Of a stretch of DNA of 49,104 nucleotides, positions 8,712 through 17,280 are shown piece after piece. Every line of letters begins with the position of its first letter. Within the stretch, counting starts at the first letter, position 1. The stretch covers positions 1-49,104 of the forward strand of contig DASSEM010000010.1 of assembly GCA_035695265.1 (NCBI GenBank), in the 5' to 3' direction. A model generated the notes under the pieces. That model did no database searches. It had not been told where the DNA came from and saw nothing but the letters and a program-made list of their open reading frames with translations. Position numbers and translations under genes: made by a program. This stretch comes from Solirubrobacterales bacterium (lineage in GTDB: Bacteria; Actinomycetota; Thermoleophilia; Solirubrobacterales; 70-9).

Positions 8712-9655
8712 CCGCGGCGGGCGCGTCTGCGGGCGGGCAGCCGCCCGCCTACCTGGTCGCCGGCGCCACCGGCGTCATCGGGCGGCGGCTCGTGGCGGCG
8801 CTGCTCGCCGACGGCGTCCGCGTCCGCGCGCTCGTCCGCGACGCCGAGCGCGGCCGCCGCATCCTCGGGCCCGAGGTGGAGCTGTTCGAGGCCGACCTCG
8901 ACCGTGCTCCGGATCTGGGCGCCGCCATGGACGGGGTCGGCGTCGCTTACTTCCTCGTGCACATGCTCGGCGCCGGCGGCGACTACTCGCGGCGGGAGGC
9001 GGCCGCCGCCGAGGCGTTTGCGAAGGCGGCCGGCGCGGCAGACGTCGAACGGGTCGTCTACCTCGGCGGCCTCGGCCCCGACGAGGGCGGTTCGCCCCAC
9101 CTCGACAGCCGCCATCACACCGCCGAGGCGCTGCGCCGCTGCGGGCCGCCGCTGACCTACTTCCGGGCGGCGATGATCATCGGCCCGGGGAGCGAGTCAT
9201 ACGAGCTGCTGCGGTCGATCTCCGCCCGGCTGCCCGCGGTGCCGGAGCCGGACTGGCTCCGGTCACGGACCCAGCCGATCGGCATTCGCGACGTCGTCGC
9301 CTATCTCCGCGCGGCTCCCCGGATCGCGGCGGCGGCGGGGCGCGAGATCCAGATCGGGGGGCCCGACGTGATGCGTCACCTCGACGTGATCGCTCGCTTC
9401 AGCGAGGAGACTGGGCGCCGAGCGCCGCTGCGGGTGCCGCTGCCCGGGTGGATCGCGACCCCGGCGGCCGTCGCCGCCGGCGCCGGCGCCGTGACCGCCG
9501 GCACGCCCGAGGTCGCCACCGAGCTCGGGCTCGGGCTCGCCGACGACACCGCGGTCCGCGATCCGGCCGGAGCCGCCCTGTTCGACATCAGCCCCGAGCC
9601 CCTCAACGTCGCGATCCAGCGGGCACTCGCCGAGCAGGAGCGCGGCGATGGCTGA
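8708..9655 (+). CDS. NAD(P)H-binding NmrA-like / epimerase-dehydratase family protein
   Basis: Rossmann motif YLVAGATGVIGRRLVAALLADGVRVRALVRD. I propose the TTG start at 8708, which overlaps the upstream stop (TTGA). The start is uncertain because the track ORF opens at 8579. Confidence 0.65.
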   Translation: MTAAGASAGGQPPAYLVAGATGVIGRRLVAALLADGVRVRALVRDAERGRRILGPEVELFEADLDRAPDLGAAMDGVGVAYFLVHMLGAGGDYSRREAAAAEAFAKAAGAADVERVVYLGGLGPDEGGSPHLDSRHHTAEALRRCGPPLTYFRAAMIIGPGSESYELLRSISARLPAVPEPDWLRSRTQPIGIRDVVAYLRAAPRIAAAAGREIQIGGPDVMRHLDVIARFSEETGRRAPLRVPLPGWIATPAAVAAGAGAVTAGTPEVATELGLGLADDTAVRDPAGAALFDISPEPLNVAIQRALAEQERGDG

Positions 9656-10109
9656 CGTCGTCTCGCAGGCGATCGACATCGACGCCCCGATCGATGCCGT
9701 CTGGGACCTCGTCATGGACCCCGAGCGGCTCGGCGAGTGGGTGACGATCCACCACTCGGTCGCCGACGTGCCGGCGGGCGAGCTCGAGACCGGGAGTCGC
9801 TTCCGCCAGAAGATGCGGCTCAAGGGGGTGCCGCTGAAGGTCCACTGGGAGGTGGTCGCCTGCCGGCGCCCCCGCCACGCCCGCTGGCGCGGCAAGGCGG
9901 CGGCGGGTGCCACGGCCGAGATCGTCTACGACCTCAGCGAGGTCGACGGCGGCACCCGCTTCGACTACGAGAACTGCTTCGACCTTCCGAGCGGCAAGAT
10001 CGGGAAGCTGGCGGCGCGCGCCTTCAACGCCGTCTCCGGCGAGCGGGAGGCGAAGCGCACGCTGGCACGGCTCAAGGCGTTGCTGGAGAATGGCGCCGAT
10101 GATCGTTGA
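9648..10109 (+). CDS. SRPBCC (polyketide cyclase/dehydrase-like, Bet v1 fold) family protein
   Basis: N-terminus SQAIDIDAPIDAVWDLVMDPERLGEWV is typical of SRPBCC proteins. There is an 8-nt overlap with the upstream gene. Confidence 0.7.
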   Translation: MADVVSQAIDIDAPIDAVWDLVMDPERLGEWVTIHHSVADVPAGELETGSRFRQKMRLKGVPLKVHWEVVACRRPRHARWRGKAAAGATAEIVYDLSEVDGGTRFDYENCFDLPSGKIGKLAARAFNAVSGEREAKRTLARLKALLENGADDR

Positions 10110-11028
10110 GGACCAGGCCCGCGAGCGGGTCGAGATCGCCGACGTCGGCGGCGGCATCGGAATCGCTTACGAGAGCTTCGGCGATCCCTCCGACCCGACG
10201 GTTCTCCTCGTCATGGGCCTCGGCATGCAGATGCTGGCCTGGGACGAGGAGTTCTGCGAGCAGCTCGTCGGCCGCGGGTACCGCGTCGTCCGCTTCGACA
10301 ACCGCGACATCGGCCTGTCGACCAAGGTCGGCGGCGGTCCGCCCAACGTGATCGCCGGCGCACTCGGGCTCACCGGCGCAGCGTCCTACACGCTCGCCGA
10401 CATGGCCGGCGACGCCGCGGCCCTGCTCGACCGCCTCGAGGTCGAGCGGGCCCACGTCGTCGGAGCCTCGATGGGCGGCATGATCGCCCAGACGCTGGCC
10501 GCCCGCCACGGCGACCGGGTGCTCTCGCTCTGCTCGATCATGTCCGGGCCGGGCGGGCGCCGGGTCGAGGTGATGCCGCGGCTGAGCGTGATCGGGACGC
10601 TGCTGGCGAAGCCGCCGCGCGAGCGCGAGGCTTACGCCGCCTTCGTCGCGCGGCTCTTCACGCGGATCGGATCGCCCGGATACCCGGCCGACTACGAGCG
10701 TCTCCGCGAGCGATCGCTTCTGATGTACGACCGCTGCTACTACCCGACCGGCACGGCCCGCCAGCTGATGGCGATCATGGCCTCCGGCGATCGGACCGCC
10801 GAGCTTCGCCGGATCACCTGCCCGGCCCTGGTGATTCATGGTCGCGAGGACAAGCTGATGCCGCCGACGGCCGGCCAGGCGGTGGCGCGGGCGATCGCCG
10901 GCGCCAGGATCGAGCTGATCGACGGGATGGGTCACGACCTCCCGCGGCAGCTCTGGCCGCAACTGGTCGATTCGATCGCCGGCAACGCCGCCCGGGCGAA
11001 GCCGGCGGCAGCCGGCCGGCGCGGCTGA
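10090..11028 (+). CDS. Alpha/beta hydrolase
   Basis: HGxG-like VLLVMGLG, nucleophile elbow HVVGASMGGMIAQ, and C-terminal GMGHDLP (catalytic His). The ATG at 10090 (or 10099) overlaps the end of the SRPBCC gene. Confidence 0.8.
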   Translation: MAPMIVEDQARERVEIADVGGGIGIAYESFGDPSDPTVLLVMGLGMQMLAWDEEFCEQLVGRGYRVVRFDNRDIGLSTKVGGGPPNVIAGALGLTGAASYTLADMAGDAAALLDRLEVERAHVVGASMGGMIAQTLAARHGDRVLSLCSIMSGPGGRRVEVMPRLSVIGTLLAKPPREREAYAAFVARLFTRIGSPGYPADYERLRERSLLMYDRCYYPTGTARQLMAIMASGDRTAELRRITCPALVIHGREDKLMPPTAGQAVARAIAGARIELIDGMGHDLPRQLWPQLVDSIAGNAARAKPAAAGRRG

Positions 11029-11034
11029 GCCGCG

Positions 11035-11880
11035 GTGCGGATCGCCCTCGTCACCTGCGAGCGCCCGATCGAGCGCGACCAGGACGTCGACTTCCTCGCC
11101 CCGGCGCTGCGCCGGCGCGGCGCGGAGGTCGAGGCGCCGGCCTGGAGCGATCCGGCCGTCGATTGGGCCGCGTTCGACCTGGCGATGCCGAGCTCGACCT
11201 GGGACTACCACGAGCGGGAGGACGAGTTCCGGCGCTGGCTCCGCGCGGTCGCGGGGGCGACGTGCCTCGTCAACCCGCTCGAGCTCGCCGAATGGAACCT
11301 CGACAAGCGCTACCTGCTCGAGCTCGAAGCGGCGGGCGTGCCGACGATCTCGACCGTCTGGGTCGATCCCGAAGCGACCGCCGAAGCGGCCGTCGAGATC
11401 GGAGCGCGGCGTTGGGAGACGGTCGTGATCAAGCCCGTGGTCGATCTCGGCGCCCGCAACCTCACCCGCGTCGATGCGGCACAGGTCGAGCGGATGCTCG
11501 GGGCATACGAGGTCGCGACTATGGCCCAGCCATACCTGCCGTCGGTTGCCGAGGAGGGTGAGCTCAGCCTCGTCTATGTCGACGGCGAGCTCACCCACTC
11601 GCTGCGCAAGCTCCCCGCCCGCGGCGACTTCAGGGTCCACCCCGACTACGGCGGGACCCACGCCGCCGCGGCGGCGGACGACCGCGCTCGCGAGGTCGCG
11701 GCGGCAGCGGTCGCCGCTGCCCCCGGCGATCCGCTCTACGCCCGCGTCGACATCGTCGCCGCCGAATCGGGCCCGGCCGTGATCGAGCTCGAGCTGGTCG
11801 AGCCGGCGCTCTACCTCGACGTGGCGCCGTCCGTCGCCGAGCGGCTCGCCGACGCGCTGCTCGCAGCTGCACGGCGCTGA
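11035..11880 (+). CDS. ATP-grasp domain protein (RimK/glutathione-synthetase-like)
   Basis: N-terminal MRIALVTCE...AWSDPAVDWAAFDLAMPSSTWDY...LVNPLELAEWNLDKRYLLELEAAGVPT matches the widespread actinobacterial ATP-grasp family. GTG start. Confidence 0.65.
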   Translation: MRIALVTCERPIERDQDVDFLAPALRRRGAEVEAPAWSDPAVDWAAFDLAMPSSTWDYHEREDEFRRWLRAVAGATCLVNPLELAEWNLDKRYLLELEAAGVPTISTVWVDPEATAEAAVEIGARRWETVVIKPVVDLGARNLTRVDAAQVERMLGAYEVATMAQPYLPSVAEEGELSLVYVDGELTHSLRKLPARGDFRVHPDYGGTHAAAAADDRAREVAAAAVAAAPGDPLYARVDIVAAESGPAVIELELVEPALYLDVAPSVAERLADALLAAARR

Positions 11881-11888
11881 CGCCCCCC

Positions 11889-12734
11889 TCACCGCTCGTC
11901 GACCAGCAGCGTCTGAGCGGCGAGGCCGATCGGGCCGTGCTCGTCGTGGAGAACGGTGTCGGTGAGCCCGATGCCGTCGGGCTCGGGAACCGTGACCGAG
12001 TCGAGGCAGACCCATTCGCCGGCGGGCATCCGGCTGAGGTGGACGGTCAGATCGACGTTGATGAAGATCCAGCGCTCGAAGTCGAGCGTCGCCGAGATGC
12101 CGTTTCCGGAGTCGGCGACGATCAGGACCCGCTGCAGCGGCGTCGGCTCCTCGCCGGCGACGAGCGGGTGTCGCATGCGCATCCAGACGGTCCCGGGCCC
12201 GCGCTCGACGAAGGACCCGGCCGCGAACCGGTACTCCATCGCCGTGTGATATCCGACGGCGTGCCCGGTCGGGAAGAACGCATCGGCCGGGGCCAGCTCG
12301 GCCGGGGCCGGCGGCACGGGTCGCCGCCGCGGATCGAGCCCGCCGGGAAGCGCGAGGTCACGGCGCAGAAGCCGCCACGCTCGCGCCCGGATCAGTGGCT
12401 CGCCGTCGGCGCCGCTCAGCGTCCCCTCGACGAGATCGACGCGCCGTCCGGGGCGGACGACCTCGGCAGCGATCGCGACCGGCGCGATCGGAATCGGGCC
12501 GAGGATCTCGAACGTGATCCGCCCGACCGCGCGGCTTGCGGGCCCGTCGCCGACGCCGTCGAGGCGCTCGACGGCGCGGCCGAGGAGGGCCGCCGGCGGC
12601 CCCGCGTGCTGAGTGCCGCCGTCCCAGGGACCGCGGGTCAGCGGCGTCGCGTCGAATCGATCGCCGCCGCCGATGTAGAAGGCCGAGTTTGCGGGGTCGA
12701 CATCGGACGTTTCGGAATTGCCGACGATGGGCAT
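11889..12734 (-). CDS. Thioesterase-superfamily protein (TesB-like double hotdog)
   Basis: SAFYIGGGDRFDATPLTRGPWDGGTQHAGPPAALLGRAVE is typical of actinobacterial acyl-CoA thioesterase-like proteins. The ATG at 12734 is preferred over the track start at 12809. Confidence 0.65.
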   Translation of the reverse strand: MPIVGNSETSDVDPANSAFYIGGGDRFDATPLTRGPWDGGTQHAGPPAALLGRAVERLDGVGDGPASRAVGRITFEILGPIPIAPVAIAAEVVRPGRRVDLVEGTLSGADGEPLIRARAWRLLRRDLALPGGLDPRRRPVPPAPAELAPADAFFPTGHAVGYHTAMEYRFAAGSFVERGPGTVWMRMRHPLVAGEEPTPLQRVLIVADSGNGISATLDFERWIFINVDLTVHLSRMPAGEWVCLDSVTVPEPDGIGLTDTVLHDEHGPIGLAAQTLLVDER

Positions 12735-12820
12735 CAGTATCCTGGACTGACGATCGTCTTCGCCGTTCCACGGATCCCGCCAAGCCGTTTCGCGGGTTCC
12801 CGCCGGCATGAGGGCCGGGC

Positions 12821-13228
12821 ATGGACAAGATCGAGAAATCCGACGAGCAGTGGCGTGAGGAGCTCACGCAGGAGCAGTACGAGGTCCTCCGCAACCAGGC
12901 GACCGAGCGCCCGTTCAGCGGTCGCTACGTGGACGTCAAGGACGACGGCACCTACTGCTGCGCCGGCTGCGGCAACGAGCTCTTCGCATCCGGCACGAAG
13001 TTCGACTCGGGGACAGGCTGGCCGAGCTTCTTCGAGCCGGCCACGAGCGACGCGGTCGAGACCCGACCCGACAACAGCTTGCTGATGCGCCGTACCGAGG
13101 TCGTTTGCGCCCGCTGCGGCGGCCACCTCGGCCACGTCTTCGAGGACGGCCCGGCCCCGACCGGCCAGCGTTACTGCATCAACTCTTGCGCCCTCGAGCT
13201 CGATCCGGAGGGCGCGCCGAGCTCCTGA
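12821..13228 (+). CDS. msrB: Peptide-methionine (R)-S-oxide reductase
   Basis: Zinc CxxC pairs CAGCGNELF and CARCGGHLGHVF, plus GTGWPSF. Length is 135 aa. Confidence 0.92.
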   Translation: MDKIEKSDEQWREELTQEQYEVLRNQATERPFSGRYVDVKDDGTYCCAGCGNELFASGTKFDSGTGWPSFFEPATSDAVETRPDNSLLMRRTEVVCARCGGHLGHVFEDGPAPTGQRYCINSCALELDPEGAPSS

Positions 13229-13239
13229 CCAGGAGGGGG

Positions 13240-13277
13240 AAAAGGAGGCGGTGTGGGAACGGCACACCGCCTCTTTC
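13240..13277. terminator. Bidirectional intrinsic terminator between convergent msrB and serS
   Basis: An 11-bp stem, GAGGCGGTGTG (13245-13255) with CACACCGCCTC (13263-13273), is preceded by AAAA and followed by TTTCCC. Confidence 0.65.
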
Positions 13278-13302
13278 CCTGCCCTGCTTCGCCCTGGGCC
13301 GG

Positions 13303-14577
13303 CTAACCGAGCGCCTCCGGGGCGCCGGCGGCGACGAGCGCCGGCGGGATCGAGACGGAGCCGTCGGCCCGCTGGCGGTTCTCGATGATCGCGATCAGGG
13401 TGCGGCCGATCGCGACCGCGGTGCCGTTGAGCGTGGAGACGTGCTCGGGGGCGGCGCCGGCGGCGCTCCGGTAGCGGCAGCCGAGCCGGCGTGCCTGGTA
13501 GTCGGTCGTGTTCGAGGTCGAAGTCAGCTCCCGGTAGCGGCCCTGGCTCGGGATCCAGGCCTCACAGTCGAACTTGCGGACGGCGGACGCGCCGAGGTCC
13601 CCGGCGGCGATGTCGACGACGCGGTAGGGGATCTCGAGCGCGGCCAGGATCCGCTCCTCGACCGCGAGCAGTCGCTGGTGCTCGTCGCGTGCCGCCTCCG
13701 GCTCGACGAACGAGAACATCTCGACCTTGTCGAACTGGTGGACGCGGAAGATCCCGCGCGTGTCCTTGCCGGCGGCGCCGGCCTCGCGGCGGAAGCAGGT
13801 CGAGATGCCCGCGTAGCGCAGCGGCAGCTTCCCGGGCTCGATGATCTCGTCCGCGTGCAGGGCGGCCAGCGCCACCTCGGAGGTGCCGACCAGGAACAGC
13901 TCGTCGCGGGGTACCTCGTAGATCATCTCGCGCTCGCCGGGGAAGAACCCGGTGCCGAACAGGGGTCGCTCGCGGACGAGCACCGGCGGCACCACCGGCG
14001 TGAACCCCTCCTCGACGAGAAGCCCGACCGCGAAGCGGATCAGCGCCAGCTCGACGAGGACGAGATCGCCGAGCAGGTAGGCGAAGCGGGAGCCGGATGC
14101 GGCGGCCGCCTTCTCGGTGTCGATCAGGCCGAGGTCGCGACCGATCTCGAGATGATCGCGAGCCTCGAAGTCGAGATCGGGGGGATCGCCGACCTCACGC
14201 AGGACGACGGCGTCCTCGTCGCTGTCGCCGTCGGGCGCCTCGGGGTCGGGCGGGTTCGGGATCGTCGCCGCGAGCTCCTCACGGTCGGCCTCGACCGCCT
14301 CGAGCTCTGCCTCGAGCTCCTTTATCCGGCCCGAGACGGCACGCATCCGCGCGATCGCCTGATCGGCGTCGCCGCCCTCCCCACCCTCCCGTTTCGCCGC
14401 TCCGATCGCGTCGGAGGCGGCGTTGCGCTCCGCGCGTAGGCCCTCGACCTCGGGCAGGAGCTCGCGCCGGCGGGCGTCGAGCTCGAGCAGGCGATCGAGA
14501 TCCTCAGCGGCGCCGACGCGGGCGAGCGCCGCGCGGGCCGGTGCCGGATCCTCGCGGATGCGCCTCAGGTCGAGCAG
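13303..14577 (-). CDS. serS: Seryl-tRNA synthetase
   Basis: Class II core (FRREAG, GIFRVHQFDKVE, NGTAVA). The conserved N-terminal arm, LLDLRRIREDPAPARAAL...LRAERNAASDAIG, is encoded in frame upstream of the first ATG (14346). No ATG, GTG or TTG is available, so I propose the CTG at 14577-14575 as the start. Confidence 0.85.
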   Translation of the reverse strand: MLDLRRIREDPAPARAALARVGAAEDLDRLLELDARRRELLPEVEGLRAERNAASDAIGAAKREGGEGGDADQAIARMRAVSGRIKELEAELEAVEADREELAATIPNPPDPEAPDGDSDEDAVVLREVGDPPDLDFEARDHLEIGRDLGLIDTEKAAAASGSRFAYLLGDLVLVELALIRFAVGLLVEEGFTPVVPPVLVRERPLFGTGFFPGEREMIYEVPRDELFLVGTSEVALAALHADEIIEPGKLPLRYAGISTCFRREAGAAGKDTRGIFRVHQFDKVEMFSFVEPEAARDEHQRLLAVEERILAALEIPYRVVDIAAGDLGASAVRKFDCEAWIPSQGRYRELTSTSNTTDYQARRLGCRYRSAAGAAPEHVSTLNGTAVAIGRTLIAIIENRQRADGSVSIPPALVAAGAPEALG

Positions 14578-14581
14578 GGGC

Positions 14582-14980
14582 CTAGGAACCAGCGTCGGCG
14601 GACGGGTCGCCGGTGCCGGCGTCCTCGACCTCGGAGCCCGAGTACTCCTCGATGAAGCGAGCGACCTGCTCGGCGTCCTCGCCGGCGACGATGTTCTGGG
14701 GCATGACCGCGCCGGAGGCGCCGCCGTTGTGGATCGCGAAGAGAGCGTCCTCGTAGGAGACGGCGCGCTGGTCGAGGTTCGGGCCCTGGACCCGCAGCGA
14801 GCGGTTGCCGGAGCCCTGGGTGCCGGCGGCCGCCAGGGTGTGGCAGCCGGCGCAGTGATCGGCGAAGAGCTGCGCGCCCTCCTCCTGCTCGGCGCTCGTC
14901 ACCGACACGTCCTCGGTGCCGCAGGCGGCGAGCAGCAGGGCCGTGGCGGCGATCGCGATCGGGATCAGAACTCGGCGCAC
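14582..14980 (-). CDS. Lipoprotein class I c-type cytochrome
   Basis: Lipobox LLLAAC, heme-binding CAGCH, and a distal Met region (GAVMPQN). GTG start. Confidence 0.8.
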   Translation of the reverse strand: MRRVLIPIAIAATALLLAACGTEDVSVTSAEQEEGAQLFADHCAGCHTLAAAGTQGSGNRSLRVQGPNLDQRAVSYEDALFAIHNGGASGAVMPQNIVAGEDAEQVARFIEEYSGSEVEDAGTGDPSADAGS

Positions 14981-15010
14981 GGGTCGGCATCATACTTTTC
15001 AGCGCAGGGC

Positions 15011-15517
15011 ATGGCAGCGACGGATCCGCCTCAATCACCGAGCACTGCGCCGGATGCGCGCCGCTTCCGCGACGCGATGTCGCGGCTGCCGACCGGGGTG
15101 ACGGTGATCACGGCGCTGACCGACGCCGGCCCGGCGGGCCTCGCCGCCAATGCCGTCAACTCGCTCTCGCTGGAGCCGCCGTTGATGCTCGCCTGCCTCG
15201 ACCGGGGCTCGCGAACCCTGCGGGCGCTCGAGTCGGCCGGCCGGTTCGGGGTCAACGTCCTCGGCGCGGCGCACGCCGACCTCGCGGCCGGCATGGCGCT
15301 CAAGGTCCCGGTCGAGGAGAAGTGGGACGGGGTCGGCTGGACCGAGCGCGACGGCATCCCGCTGCTCGACGCGGCGATCGTCTGGATCGGCTGCGCCCTC
15401 CGCGACGTGATCTCCGGCGGCGACCACGTGATCGTCACCGGGGAGGTGATCGGCGTCGCCGAGCGTGACGGCGACCCGCTGATCTTCCACGCGGGCGCCT
15501 ACCGGCCGCTCACCTAG
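15011..15517 (+). CDS. Flavin reductase family protein (NAD(P)H:FMN oxidoreductase, HpaC/RutF-like)
   Basis: FRDAMSRLPTGVTVITA...NSLSLEPPLMLACL is the typical flavin reductase domain. The ATG at 15011 is preferred, and the track ORF is overextended. Confidence 0.8.
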   Translation: MAATDPPQSPSTAPDARRFRDAMSRLPTGVTVITALTDAGPAGLAANAVNSLSLEPPLMLACLDRGSRTLRALESAGRFGVNVLGAAHADLAAGMALKVPVEEKWDGVGWTERDGIPLLDAAIVWIGCALRDVISGGDHVIVTGEVIGVAERDGDPLIFHAGAYRPLT

Positions 15518-15945
15518 AGCGGCGAGGTCAAAGCCGCCCGCAGCGCGAGGCCGAAGATGACGAGCGCCGAGACGGCCATGATCCCCGTCTCGCGGCGGCT
15601 GATCGCGGCGGCGACGGCGGCTTGCCGGTCGCGCGGCAGGGCGTCGAAGTCGAGGCCCTCGAGCTCGTGCTCGGAGGCCACGACCCGGGCGCCCTCGCCG
15701 AGCAGGGCGACGAGGATCGGCAGCAACCCGTAGACGTAGTGGAGGCCGTCGGCGGCTTCGCGCCCCTCCAGCGTCAGCAACGCGCCGAGCGCGACCTGGA
15801 CGACCACCGCGACCTGGGCGACCCGCAACAGGTACCAGAACCCGACCGAGGGCCTGCGCAGGTACCAGCAGCCGGCGCCCCAGACGCCGGCCGCGAGATT
15901 GGTCGCGAGCACGGTGATCGCGGCGAACAGGTGGAGGGTCAGCAT
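15514..15945 (-). CDS. Hypothetical integral membrane protein (about 4 TM)
   Basis: Hydrophobic segments are visible, with no recognisable motif. Its stop overlaps the flavin reductase stop (CTAG). Confidence 0.5.
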   Translation of the reverse strand: MLTLHLFAAITVLATNLAAGVWGAGCWYLRRPSVGFWYLLRVAQVAVVVQVALGALLTLEGREAADGLHYVYGLLPILVALLGEGARVVASEHELEGLDFDALPRDRQAAVAAAISRRETGIMAVSALVIFGLALRAALTSPL

Positions 15946-16046
15946 CGCGGGGGGTTGATAGCAGGGCGGCCGTCGCTGTCATCATGGGCGGCGCCTGCGG
16001 GGTATAGATTGACCGCCGTGGCAAGCAGCCAGGCAAAAGGAGCGAG

Positions 16047-16406
16047 GTGCTTCAGAGCTACCTACCGGTAATCGTCTTCGCCGGGCTCGGCGTGATCGTC
16101 GGCGGCGCGTTCACCGCGCTCAACCACGTGCTCGGCCCGAGCCGGCCGAGCCGCGTGAAGAGCGAACCGTACGAGTGCGGCCTGCCGACCGAGGTGACCC
16201 GCACGTTCCGCTTCGGGATCAGCTTCTACATGATCGCGATGCTGTTCATCCTGTTCGACATCGAGGTCGTCTTCCTCTATCCGGTCGGGGTCCTTCTCAA
16301 CGTCTCCAACAGCGTCTTCGTTCTCGTCGAGATCGCGTTCTTCATCTTCGTGCTCCTCGTCGGCTTCGTCTACGTGTGGCGTCGCGGCGCCCTCAACTGG
16401 CGATGA
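16047..16406 (+). CDS. nuoA: NADH-quinone oxidoreductase subunit A
   Basis: [10 protein letters not shown] motif and 3 TM segments. AAAGGAG lies 4 nt upstream of the GTG. Confidence 0.92.
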   Translation: MLQSYLPVIVFAGLGVIVGGAFTALNHVLGPSRPSRVKSEPYECGLPTEVTRTFRFGISFYMIAMLFILFDIEVVFLYPVGVLLNVSNSVFVLVEIAFFIFVLLVGFVYVWRRGALNWR

Positions 16407-16422
16407 GGCGGGCGGTCGTGCC

Positions 16423-17280
16423 GTGGAGGTAGAGCGGACGAAGCTGCGGGAGCTCAGCCCGCTCGATCAGCCGCGCTCCCCCGAGGAGCTGCGGGTCCGC
16501 CAGCTCAAGGCGCGCGACATGCTGCGCGGCGACCTCGCCGGCGCCGACCTCGACGAGTACGTCGAGTCGCGGGTCCTGACGACGACGCTCGAGCGGGCCC
16601 AGAACTGGGCGCGGGGCAACTCGCTGTTCCCGGCGACGTTCGGCCTCGCCTGCTGCGCGATCGAGATGATGTCGATGGTCTCCGCCCGCTACGACACGTC
16701 GCGGTTCGGCGCCGAGGTGTTCCGCGCCTCGCCGCGGCAGGCCGACATGCTCATCCTCTCCGGCCGCGTCTCGATCAAGATGGCACCGGTCGTGCGCCGC
16801 ATCTACGACCAGATGCTGGAGCCGAAGTGGGTGCTCTCGATGGGGGCCTGCTCGTCCTCGGGCGGGATGTTCGCCAACTACGCGGTCGTCCAGGGCGCCG
16901 ACAAGTTCCTGCCCGTCGACATCCACATCCCCGGCTGCCCGCCGCGCCCGGAGGCGCTGATCTACGGGATCCTCAAGCTCCAGCGCAAGATCTTCGGTGA
17001 CCCCGACCTCGGCTGGCGCGAGCGCTACCGCGCCGCGGGCACCGAGGAGGACGAGCGGTCGTCGAAGGCGGGCGCGCTGCCGGTCCGGCGGGTGGGGACC
17101 TCCCCCGCCGACGGCATCGTCACCGGCCACGGCCCGCCGCCGAGCGCCGCCGAGCTCCACGCCCCGGTCGAGCACCCCGAGCTGAGCGGCCACGAGGCGC
17201 GCGACGCCTACGAGGAGGCCGCCGAGGACGAGCGGGTGACGAGCTCGCGGCCGCCGGTCGGATGGAGAGGCGATGCCTGA
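16423..17280 (+). CDS. nuoB: NADH-quinone oxidoreductase subunit B, with a C-terminal extension of about 90 aa
   Basis: N2-cluster motifs [21 protein letters not shown] and [11 protein letters not shown]. An alternative ATG start lies at 16519. The residues after KLQRKIFG are a low-complexity acidic/Pro tail. Confidence 0.9.
   Translation: MEVERTKLRELSPLDQPRSPEELRVRQLKARDMLRGDLAGADLDEYVESRVLTTTLERAQNWARGNSLFPATFGLACCAIEMMSMVSARYDTSRFGAEVFRASPRQADMLILSGRVSIKMAPVVRRIYDQMLEPKWVLSMGACSSSGGMFANYAVVQGADKFLPVDIHIPGCPPRPEALIYGILKLQRKIFGDPDLGWRERYRAAGTEEDERSSKAGALPVRRVGTSPADGIVTGHGPPPSAAELHAPVEHPELSGHEARDAYEEAAEDERVTSSRPPVGWRGDA

Noticed and set aside
10072-12015. A 647-aa minus-strand ORF
   Set aside because: It is antisense to the alpha/beta hydrolase (GxSxG elbow present on the + strand) and the ATP-grasp gene, and it has low-complexity R/G/A composition.
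13105-14439. A 444-aa + strand ORF
   Set aside because: It is antisense to serS, which has clear class II aaRS motifs, and it shows no motifs of its own.
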